Below, piece by piece: positions 53,791-64,000 of a stretch of 64,000 nt of DNA. The position numbers and the translations under genes were made by a program. Position 1 is the stretch's first letter. Each line of letters begins with the position of its first letter. The DNA is from Cenococcum geophilum (taxonomy: Eukaryota). The stretch spans positions 12,710,001 through 12,774,000 of the forward strand of contig CP158635.1 of assembly GCA_050273025.1 (NCBI GenBank), written 5' to 3'. The notes under the pieces were generated by a model, which was not told the origin of the DNA, made no database searches, and saw only the letters and a program-made list of their open reading frames with translations.

Positions 53791-54341
53791 GCCCAGTTTT
53801 ATCTCGAATACAACGCAAACATATACTTTCTAGCGCATCGCAATGGCCGATTGCACGGGTTCACATCTACAGATGAGACTGGTCAGCCTTGACGCCCCCA
53901 AACCAAAATATCTTACGCTCTCGCCCCTCACCACTAACGATACTAACCTCTAGTAAGGACAAACTGTACTCCCACCAATTATAAAGTCGCCAGTCCACTA
54001 CCATCAGGCTCGACGTGAACACTGAACGGGACCTTGGCACAAAGCACGTGATCAACAACACAGTCATCGCCAAGCTGATTTGAGGATAAGACGCTAGGGC
54101 ACTTCAAGCTTGGACTTTACGAATGGCCGCCTGACGTCAGTGGGAAGGCTCGGGAGGAGACCCGTCTTCGGGATGGAGAACCGTGCGTAAAAGCTTATTT
54201 AGTCCTCGTTTGATGGTGAGCCATGGCGGTATGCTTCATTCGTGACATCAAAGAGCACCTGCAATGACACAGCATCTGAGGAAAGGGGTACTGAGCGAAG
54301 ATGTCGGTTCGCGCGGAGAAATCAAGCGCCGACACGCCTAA

Positions 54342-55211
54342 TCAAATCTCCAGCTCCGCATCGTCCATGTCTTCCATTACCAAACCTCCCTCCCTATGAT
54401 GGACATCCTCTTCTCTGCCGCGCTCCTGGTCCTCGAGAAATTCCATGATACCTTCAACGGCCTTTTCCTGATCAAGGAAGTGCTTCAATACTCTGGTGAA
54501 CTTCGTGGTCTGGCTTCTCTGCGTCTTGCTCCTGCATAGCTGCCGTCCCGCTGTCCGTGCCTGACTCCTAAACAGCTTAAAGGCTGCCCTGTCCAACAGC
54601 ACGAGACATTCTTCTTCCACAGCCACCCATGTGCTCATAAGGTCTAGCGCACGGCCTTCGAGAAACTCTCCCTCTTCAGCCACATTCGAGATAGGTTCAA
54701 GGAGTCGTTTCTCAAACCTCAGGACATTCTTGCGTAACTCCATTTCCCGGATAGACTTTAGAAAGCCTACGTCGAACCAGTGCTTCTGGACAGCCTCCCA
54801 CTGGTCGCTCAAGAGCTCGGGGTTGTCGGAGGCATCGTAGAAGGTCGCAGTATCTGTCCATGGCATAATTCCGTCTTCGGGCCTCCGTTTGCCCTTGTTC
54901 TGGCGGGGGGACATACGACAGGGCCCTCTTGATCCTACTTCAACTTCGTTATCGTTATCGTCGTCAATGAGAATTGGATTGCCTCGGACATCGTCAGTGC
55001 ATGATTTGGATTGCTGACCATTCCGCATACCTGAGGTCCCGCCAGTCTCGCTTGCGGACGGAATAACAACTTCATTATCTTCAATAACAATGACATTATC
55101 TGATACGATCGTTAGCAGGAGTTATCAGCCTGAGCTCGCATTCCTACCATCTAATGTACCTTTCGAGATCTGCTGGCCGTCGTCTGGAGTCGGTGCCTCC
55201 TCCATCTTCAT
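54342..55211 (-). CDS. Hypothetical protein, two exons (55211-55160, 55099-54342); may be the 3' part of a frameshifted longer gene starting ~55708
   Basis: 228-aa ORF extended through an intron 55159-55100 (GTACAT...GCTAAC...CAG) that keeps frame; no recognised domain. Confidence 0.55.
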
Positions 55212-56521
55212 GTCTTCCTGACCAGCTCCGCTCTCTGCCTTCGCACCGGATTGTGGGTCAGCGGCGGTCACGATGTGCCCGGCATCGCGCTGAGACGGAT
55301 TATGCGTCGCATTCGGCCGGACGCTCGATCGATGGCTGCATTTCGATGTCTACCGCAGTCAGCGTGCTCTGGGCTTCTGAGTCCTGTTTCATAACCAGCA
55401 TCGGCGGAGAGGAGCGTTCCTTAGATATAGGGCGTTTATTGGGGATGCCCTCGCAGGTAGTTCGGTTGCCGTCGTCAGGACTGCCGAATTGTATGCCCTT
55501 CCCATCCGCCCAAACGCCGTCGGCCTCCTCTTTGACTGGTGACTCTTGTCGATTGCCCGACTGCATCTCCAACCGACGGAATCAGATTAGGGGCATCAGC
55601 ATTGCGAGTTTCATTCGATAACGGCCCTGTAGTGGATATTCTTCTGTCTAGGCCTGCTCTCCCGACCCTCTTTTCGCAAGCTTCGCTACTTGCTTCACCT
55701 GTCGGCATAGCACCTGAGCAAAGCCGCTTGGCAACCTACTCTGCCCGTCAGGATCGCAGAAGACGCGCTCAAAACGCTTGTCCAGCCCCTGGGACTCACT
55801 TCATGGCTGCATCCCGACATCCCGGCGTCACCAGGATTCTCGATCGACTAGAAGGTTAGCAATCCGAGCAAAACCATGCTTCGACAGAGGCATAGAGACG
55901 GGATATTGCTCAATCAGGGTAATGACATGGAAGAGTCGGAGAAGTGAGGCATGGTTGAGACCCATCTGATCCATGGCCGGCCATAGATACTTGTAGCATA
56001 ACATCAGGTGGCTTGAGCCTCCTTTAGCGCCGATGCTCCCCCTTCTTGCTAGACCATAGCTCCGAAGCTGTCCCATCACGCGGCATAAGGCTAGCTTAAG
56101 ATAAATCTACCGGTCCTCTTTGATCGGTGGAGTCTCAGCCGTGCTAGCATAATAACCGGAGGTGGCTCAGTTTTTCTACAAAGTGAATGCCTTCGCTGCT
56201 ATTGGCAACCTCTCAGCCCCCAGGGCTACCAGGTGACGCGGCATGAGACCCAGACAAAGGATGGCTGAGATTCCATCGATCAATGAGGACCAGTAACTTC
56301 AGCCAGCATAATAGCAGGTGGCTCGGTTCTCCTTGGTGCTGGAGCAATGCAGCTTGGTACAAATCAGGCGCGTCAGATGTTGATAGCATATGTCAGCCTC
56401 GAGGTGTTCGCTAAGTTACTGCTGGGATCTGGTATATATAGGCCCCCAATGCCGTTCAGAGAGCTTCACAGCCATCTACTCCCCTAAAAGGCTCGCACAA
56501 CCACCATCGTTCTCAACTGCC

Positions 56522-56958
56522 ATGGAGTCACCACCAAAGAAGTACGAATCAGCGAAGGCATGTTCCGACGAACCTACACATGCATGTGCTGAACCTGGCA
56601 CTTTAAATACCAATTCAGGTCCAGCTCGCGCTTGTTAGGAGGCGACGACGAATTCCTCAAGCCCCTCCTCACTACTTCAACGATACCCGATGGTACTCTC
56701 TACGAAGCTTGGGTATGGTTTCCCATCTTAATACTGCAACTAGAGCTAATTCAGATAAAGGAGAAATCTCTCTTGGAGCTGATAAACGATACCGAATCCT
56801 ACTATGCTGTGACGATAGATAAAGGGCAGGAGTTAGCAGTGATAATTTCTGATCTGATTAGGCTGGAGAGGAAGGGTAAGCAATCTGACCACCAAGCAAG
56901 TCCTTACGCTCACCACACTATATGTCACAGGTGGCCCTCTGATACACCGAGCGCATAG
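56522..56958 (+). pseudogene. Possible small multi-exon gene or gene relic
   Basis: Protein-like frame 'LGGDDEFLKPLL...SLLELINDTESYYAV' with intron-like GTATGG..GCTAATTCAG and GTAAGC..CACAG segments; model not resolved. Confidence 0.3.
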
Positions 56959-58321
56959 CGTTGTAGAGCGGAGGTTTTCTATTTGGTGTCACGAAGGTGA
57001 AATGGATTGCGGAAAATAGGACGGAAGGAAGGTGACGTACAAGAGCAGTCGGCATGCGAAGGTGAGTCGTGTGGCAGCCTGAAACCCAATACCCTTGAAC
57101 TATGCGAGAGTTTTGTACGCTGGCACTCTTTGCGTTTAATTGAAGGCTTTTGTTAGCAAGCACATATACCTTCAATGCTACAGCAGCAGGAAGGCCGGCC
57201 TTTTTGGTCGCCAATAGATTTCCGCGTTGGATGACAAGGCATTAAAGTAGGCATACGAAGCTTGAAGGCTGGACGATTCACTACGCTGTGCTTAGCCTGT
57301 TACTGCACCTTGGCAAATGCACCTTGGCAAATCTCGTGAAGCATGCCTCGCTCTCTTGTGTCACAGAACGCTTGCCTTGGTTCTTCTAAGCATGCCAACC
57401 AGTGCAACCCCGAATTGACTCTAGGTCGCCTCCAAACCCTCCAAGCGTGGTTGACACTGCTTCGCCGGCTTCTCATTCATTGAGCGCGCATCAGTGATAG
57501 AAATCTACACCAGAGATCTGCTGACATTACAATATGAGAAGTGTCGGGACGATATAGTTCAAAACGGGGAAGCACACCTGCCTCGCTAGGTTCTTCGACT
57601 CCTCATGTGTAGCATGTCCAGGTCGGTCAACGTCGCTTCCTACTTCCCCTCTAATCCCTCCGTTTGTCACAATATACTGACGGTTGGCGACTAATTGGTG
57701 CAGAAGCGTTTCTTGTCGCAATTGCTGACACGTATGGGCTGTCCTCGATAGCCATGTCTCTCGACAGACCTGGAATCATACATAAGCTTCCCCCGGACGA
57801 ACGTACCGACTTCGAAGACGCGATCACAGACTGCTTGGTAAGTATAACTTTCATGGACAATCAACGCCCTGTGACCCGTACTCTAGTCTCGCTTACCATG
57901 AAAGAATAGCGAGAAACGCACCAGGGCTTCTACAGTCTGCGCCGCTAGGCTAGACAGAGCGTTTTGTCGCAATCGAACCCCTCTGCAATTGGCGACAAGA
58001 ATCAGTGTTGATAATCGCGCCCAGTCTACACGATCGCGGCTGCGCGCTCCCCGATTATGGTCAGTTGCTGGTTTGAATTCCAATTGATCCATACGGTTCC
58101 CCTAGTGCTCAGTGAATGTACCTCGGATCTCAGCCATTTCAGCTAATTGCTGTTTTAGGAAAGTTGTATACGCGTGCACGGGCCACAGGGTTGATAAATC
58201 GTCAACTCAACTTCCACCTACAACCTCACGCGCTACTTAACGCCCATGCACTCAAAGCGCTAGTAGAGTAAGCCAAATTGCTCGCCGCGATCATAGCTAA
58301 CTAATGTTACGGTCCTAGTGT

Positions 58322-59560
58322 TCAAAGGTTACCGAAATCCTCGCTCAAAACCGCCGAGAAGCTCACCTGCGTCGCGCCCAGCGTTGGCAGCTCACCATTC
58401 ACCTCACGAGTGTCCTCGTCGTTGCCTACGCTGCTCACCTCCTCGGAGGCATTCATGGGCGCTCCCATTACAATCAAGCCTTGCCCATCCCAGTGAGCAA
58501 GCAGCTTCCTCGCCTCCATCACCTCTACGGCCATACGAAGCCTCCGGTCGTCAAGGAGCAGGCCAGCGAGGCTAAAGATACGCTCTGGCTCGTCGCTCAT
58601 CGGTGGAATATAGCGGATATCCATGGCCATACGCGCGAGGTGTGGATAACGTCCGCGAACCTCTGCCGATAGGATCAACCCCTTGTACTTGCGGCTTGCT
58701 CACCCGCTCCTCATACTCGTCGGCGGTTGTAGCAACGATAGATCCTTCTTCATAGATTGCGGCGGCGAAACAGGACCTTAACATGCCATGGGTCATTTTC
58801 CCCGCCCTGTGATCTTCGACGTGTCTCAACTACTCTAGGTAAGTCTCTATACTCGCGTTGTTAAGCCCCTCTCACTGAAAACTTTGCAGCCCTCAACCCA
58901 GCTCGCTCGGCGTCATGTCTCATTGGCGGTTGATAAAGTGCCACTTGCGGCGTGGGTCGAGTACGATCGCGGCTGCCTATATAAGCGAGCGATTCATGAG
59001 ACGGTAGTACTCATCTGCCTTCGCCCGGCCGTGCTCAAATGAAGCGTGGGGGGCATTGATTTCGCCCTTGTCACCACGGGCGTTAGGCGGTGCTTGAATA
59101 GCCACAGCGACAGTGAGTCTGTGCCCTTACCCTCGCGCTTGCTGGTACTAACAGCGTAGTTGTAGCGGCTGGCCTCCACGAAGTAGTTGATATCGGTCAC
59201 TAGATCAACAGCGCGCACGAGATAGGTGCTGTTCCACTGAGTTTGCTAGCTTGAGCTCTTATCGACAAGGCTTGGAGTTGACCTTGATCCGCTCACGCTC
59301 GCAGATCCACAGCCATCCCCCGTGGCTCTGAAGAGATTTACGCACCCATTTTACAGCATTGTGGAACCTGCCGACGAGTCCTTGATTGCTCAAGCTTTGC
59401 TTCGTCACGGGAGTCCTTCAGCAGCTGATTCTCTGCTTCGTCCTTGTCGCCAAACAAGAGGGATCTCGCCACCGCGACGCGCCGGCAGCAGACCGCTCTT
59501 CCTACGCATTCAATTACGGTCAGCGCTCGCGGTGGCACACAGCAGCTAGAAGACATACGG
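58322..59560 (-). pseudogene. Decayed hAT transposase relic
   Basis: C-terminal dimerisation domain 'RYPHLARMAMDIRYIPPMSDEPERIFSLAG' (58322-58678), 'TQWNSTYL' (=RWNST, ~59220-59243) and 'ARSLLFG' (~59460), in correct order but broken by indels. Confidence 0.75.
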
Positions 59561-60469
59561 CGTGGACGGCACGAGAATGCACATCATGCGCAGAGAAGGG
59601 TCTTGCGTCTTCCCAACCACTTACACCCGTCGTTGGCCCTCCGCGTTCTCATAGCACACTTTGGCTGCTTACATATACTGACTCTACCAGGTGTTCCCTC
59701 CGTCTATTATAGCAGGCCTCTCTCCTCGCGCCTTATTGCCTCCGTCACGCAGATTGCCCACTGTGGAACGTGCTAGCACACCTGGCTTTGTGACCGCCAT
59801 GTCCCGCTTTAATACTAAGAAAGAAACCCGGATGTCGTGCCTACAGACGCATATTCTGTCCCAAAACCTCATAAACAGCGTGCGCGCAGAAGGTGTCCGC
59901 CGTGCCCTGCCCGTCAAGAGTCTACACGTGACGTGGCTAAGATTACATTGGACACTTTTGGAGGACGAGGAGTATGCAACGGAGATCCGCAGTGATTAGT
60001 TGGTGCAGTGTTGGTATCACTGAAGCTCCGACCTCGGTAATACCACCTTCGCCGCTAAGGCCCGGATCGTTGAATAAGTCGGCGATGTTCGCACTAGTTA
60101 ATTCAACCCCCAATGCTCTCAAACTCAAGGATCAAGGTCTAGCTGTGCGTTAACCCAATCCAGGCACAGCAGAGTTGGGAGGCAGCTCGAATCAAATTTT
60201 CACCTAACTTTGGGCAGCAGCAATTGAAGAACTAAGCCGCCGCAACGCCGCTAGAGGCGGAGCTGTTGAGATCTGATATCATGCTTGGCGCCGGCCTCCA
60301 GCCTTCAGCATTACGTCTCAGCTGTGCAACTGCCCAAGAACCAGTCGTCCAATGTTCCGTTTTCCCCCATGCATAAAGACGTCCAGCGCCCAAATCCACA
60401 GATTCCTCACAACAATGTCTTTCCCACAAACTTGGATCGCACCCGAGTCGTCAAGCAATTTCCCGTACA

Positions 60470-60885
60470 TCAGCCTTCGACCGACTCCGCCGCCTCCTTC
60501 AGCCCCTGCTCCACATCATCCTTCGTGCCATCCTTCTTCACCAATACACTAGCCATCACGGCGTGAGTACCACCATTGGCCTCCCTCCACCGTTTGATGG
60601 AAGATGGAACCTTCCCAGCATTAGGCTGCATCTGGAACTTGTGGAATACACCGTCCGCTTTTGTAACTTCCCCATCATAGTCCCACCGGACCCCAACGCC
60701 TTCTTGCTCCGCCTGGCCTTTAGGAAAGGCTGTTTTGCCGCGTCCAGCACTTGGGTTCGTAAACTTCTTCCAAGTATTGCCATCAACAGCCTTGCTGACA
60801 GCGTTCTTGAGAGCCTTCTGCATTATAATCAAGGGTTAGATCTGGAAGGTTAGCCTTATCCCACGTTTGTCTCGATGAAGGGCAT
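60470..60885 (-). CDS. Small hypothetical protein (~122 aa; exons 60885-60865, 60817-60470)
   Basis: MPFIETN + KALKNAVSKAVDGNTWKK...AESVEG via a 47-nt intron (GTGGGA...CTAAC...GCAG); intact, non-RIPped; TATA-like element ~61010. Confidence 0.7.
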
Positions 60886-61570
60886 GTCCTTACATTCAAA
60901 GCGTGGAGCTGCAAAAGCTAAGAAGGGTGAAGGGAGGGTCTCGACTTCGTGACCACAGGATGATGGGGTAAACTCAGAACTGTATTACATAGATCGGGTA
61001 GGAGAAGCTTATATAGCTAACAGATAAAGAACCAAGAGTGCAGGATGAGCAGGTGGACCAGGAATATCCCTTCATCTGGCAAGTGTGACTTTTCGTATTG
61101 GGCGCTTTAGGCGCTGTTGCCTGGGTTAGCATGCTGCAGGTACCCTAGCTAGCGTAATTTTATTAGTCGGCCTCACCAAATCGCGTTAATATTGCGATGC
61201 CGATGAAATGCTACAGAAGGCTACTACCAAAGACATCAAAAAGTCGTGCTATATGACGTTATGACTTTAGGTTTCTGCCCTTCCCCCATTAATCAGCTGC
61301 TGATTATATAGGAAAATTCTCCATTAGAGTCCTCCCTCGAATTACTGCCTCGGAGGCTTTAGAGCTGAAGACGTACCGCGTTTTTTAGGCGGTATAAGGA
61401 TAATATTCTGCTGATAATTTAACGATTAAATAGACGGCGATAATATTAAAGCTTTTTGATTAACTATACCAAATATTATAGGCTTCCTGGCTATCCAAGC
61501 GTCAATGAGGCGCCAGCACCCTTGCTGCCGAGCAATCGCACTGACCAGAGGCTTCAAACACCAAGCTCTA

Positions 61571-61719
61571 TCCCTTAACACGCTTGCGTCCTACGAGAGC
61601 GGGCCGTGCGCGAACACCAGAATCAAAAGTACGCGTATGGTCACGCAGCCTTGATCCTACTGATTCTATTGGCTAGCTCTTATCGATAACTGTAGGACGC
61701 AAACCAGCGTGTTAAGGGA
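61571..61719. mobile_element. MITE (149 bp), related to the MITE at 1938
   Basis: 14-bp TIR TCCCTTAACACGCT / AGCGTGTTAAGGGA, subterminal TTGCGTCCTAC / GTAGGACGCAA, TA flanks. Confidence 0.9.
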
Positions 61720-61816
61720 TACAGTATAAAGCCTCTAGATTGGCTTATGAGGCGTGCATATACGAAAAGTCCTTGAATTTTTGCCAGACCAAGGGATCGA
61801 ACGTACGGCTTCATAC

Positions 61817-63445
61817 TCAATACCTCATCATTTGCCCTTCAGCCCTCCTACAATCATGTAGTCTTTTGGTATACCATTTATACATCTTCTGAATCGCACA
61901 CTAATCCATTTCCTCCTCAGAAAGCTGTCTAAACCTAGCTAGTGCCGCCTTCTCTATTGTACACCTTTTTGCGTAAAACTTCCTCTTAATCGGGTGAGCC
62001 ATTAATTTAAGAATACTAAAGTCTGGCGAGACACCAGGGAGTGTAATAAGAGATACTCCATTATCCTTTGCCCACTTAATTATTGCTTTACTTATATAGG
62101 CTAAATCGGCGTTATAGTAGAGGGTAAGACCGTAATCTAGAAGCTCGTCTTGGAGGGAAAAGAGGACTACTTTAGTATATACTTCTGTAGTCATCTTCCC
62201 TACTAAATTAGGCACTTCGTACGGTATAACCTTCCGCTAATTATAGCCTATTATAACGCCAATATTTAGAAGCTTAAGGTGTTCTTTCTCTTAAGCCTTT
62301 GCTTTTATATCCTTCGTAGTAACCTTCTTCCGGTGTATATTAGAGGGTTTATATTAATACTCCTTCCCCTCAGCGTGGTCGATTAAGCGGCCAGTCCGTA
62401 GACTAACCGTCACCCGATTGATCGCCCAAATTTTAGCTGCCCAATCCAGTCAGTCCATGAAGTTATCCGTCTTAATCCGGACTGGATCCGACTGATAGAG
62501 CTCTTAGTACCCCTGGATACGCGTAAAAGAGGGGTAGATAGACGCGTTCGCGTTGTTTTTGGTCCGTGCATGGTCCGTGCATTCACTATTTCCCCCTAAA
62601 TTCCCCCTAAACTATGCCTAAAAAGGCTTAAAACTAAGCTATGCTGCCCTGTCCGCCGTCTGTAGACGTTTGCAATCGGGCCTTATTGATCAGGCCAATC
62701 CGGCCGCTCTAATTAAGAGGCCAATCTGGCCGTCTGAACCTTAACGATCCAGACGTCGGGCAACTAACCACGCTGACTTCCCCTACTTCCCTCTTATACG
62801 CTTTGTTATTTAAGGACCAATACCAAAGTGAAACTCGTCGTAAAAGGCTACGTCTTTTTAGTTAAGGGAGTGTGGTCGAAGAGGGAGTTGTATATTAATC
62901 TAATTTGTCCGTGAAGTAGCTTATGCCTTTATTAACTCCTTCTCCTCCTTATAAACGCAGTTTATAATCCCTTTATCGTCTTAGTAAGCTCGTTAAATTG
63001 CTTTAGGATCGATTATACGGTAGCCTGGCGTTTTAAAGTGGTAGGTTTAAGGTAAGACTACGCCGGAAGCTTCTGCAATATCTGTCTAAGGCTTGCCCTT
63101 GTTATCAAGTAGGACTAAATCATCGTTAAGGTAATTGGCGATTGCAGCTGTCTTTGTTCGTGTAATCAATCTCTTTCTCCCTCGCGGATCTAGGCTAAAA
63201 TCAGGTATACTGTAAAGCGTTCTAGGTTGCTTTAAGGCTAGGATTCGAGACTGAGTACGTGGTGGAACGCCGGTAACCTTGTGGACGAGCTCTTGTGGAA
63301 TAGGAATACAAAGCTCTTATGAAAGTAGCTTTACGGCGAGTACTGGAGAGCGTTATAGTGTTTTAACTTGACTATCTAGTTGCAAGAACTCAATTGGAGG
63401 TGTAAGATAGCGCGCGCGAGACCTGCGGGTCCTAATTGGAGGCAT
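61817..63445 (-). mobile_element. Tc1/IS630-like transposase pseudogene, moderately RIPped; termini not identified
   Basis: 'YYNADLAY' (=DxDxxH) and 'LPGVSPDFSILKLMAHPIK' (=SPDLNPIE); frame continues to TGA at 61817 and is restored across the 62371 insertion. Confidence 0.8.
62371..62776. mobile_element. hAT-like non-autonomous element (~405 bp) inside the Tc1-like ORF
   Basis: Termini CAGCGTGGT / ACCACGCTG; 8-bp TSD CTTCCCCT (62363-70 / 62777-84). Confidence 0.85.
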
Positions 63446-64000
63446 TGGTGCATGTAGTTGATAAATTAGTTGGTTTATTTACATGTAAACAGACGGTTTT
63501 TGGTAGTTGCGCACGTGCTAAATTTCGGCCACTTATTTTGGCGACGTAGAGGCTGCTCATGCCCGGACGGCGGTTTCAGAGTCACTGTTCCACATGCAAC
63601 GGATATTCGGGGCATGTCGAGGTGGAGAACCATAGTGACGGTTTCTCTGGCCGAGAAAATCGTGAGACACCTGGCGGCGCGCCTTGCGGGCAGCTTACAG
63701 TCGCTTCAGAAAAGGATGGGTTTATGTCAGAAACCATGATCTAGTACAGAAATTTACCGAATCCTCACCTGTTTAAACCACTTTTCTGTACCCACGCATG
63801 ATACCACCTATCCTCCATACCAACACATCGCCGTTGCCTATTTTTTGAAGCTATTTAAAGCCTATATTTTTTCCTATTATAGTTAGCGCTATGGTATATA
63901 GGAGGAGAGCTAAAGCACCTAAGAATACTGCAAAGAATACTTCTAAAGCGCCTTAAGAAGTAGACCTTACCGTTAAATCTGCACTAATACCTCCTACTAC

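Noticed and set aside
56918..60430. Many overlapping 60-110 aa ORFs
   Set aside because: Expected by chance in GC-balanced DNA; several overlap the hAT relic; no motif support.
61546..61737. Outer inverted repeat AGAGGCTT / AAGCCTCT around the MITE
   Set aside because: Only 8 bp and no TSD.
51210..64000. Starship captain (DUF3435) or recognisable cargo
   Set aside because: No tyrosine-recombinase motifs or identifiable cargo domains visible.
63746..64000. Start of another RIPped element at the window edge
   Set aside because: Too short to classify.

Overview
Fungal (filamentous ascomycete-like) genomic DNA. Bases 1 to ~53.8 kb are an AT-rich transposon graveyard with a strong RIP signature (CpA/TpG depleted, TpA enriched, reading frames full of TAA/TAG). 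Target-site duplications (TSDs) let the nesting be unpicked almost completely. Left part: a Helitron RepHel 5' fragment and a Fot1/pogo transposase carrying a MITE, then chromoviral Ty3/Gypsy A containing two Tad1-like LINE insertions, then a composite TIR element holding two nested solo LTRs. Middle part: Gypsy fragment B is interrupted by a LINE, which is interrupted by Gypsy C, which itself contains Gypsy D, Copia E and an ORF1-only poly(A) retroposon F. Right part: a second C copy whose 5' LTR contains Gypsy G. Bases ~53.8-61.5 kb are GC-balanced, with a few hypothetical or decayed genes and an old hAT relic, followed by MITEs and a Tc1-like element. Best leads: (1) an antisense, intron-containing Zn2Cys6-like/coiled-coil accessory gene conserved in Gypsy A and G; (2) the gag-only non-LTR element F with a 14-bp TSD; (3) repeated LTR-into-LTR integration. 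All calls are by eye, de-RIPped translations are inferences, and no database searches were run.
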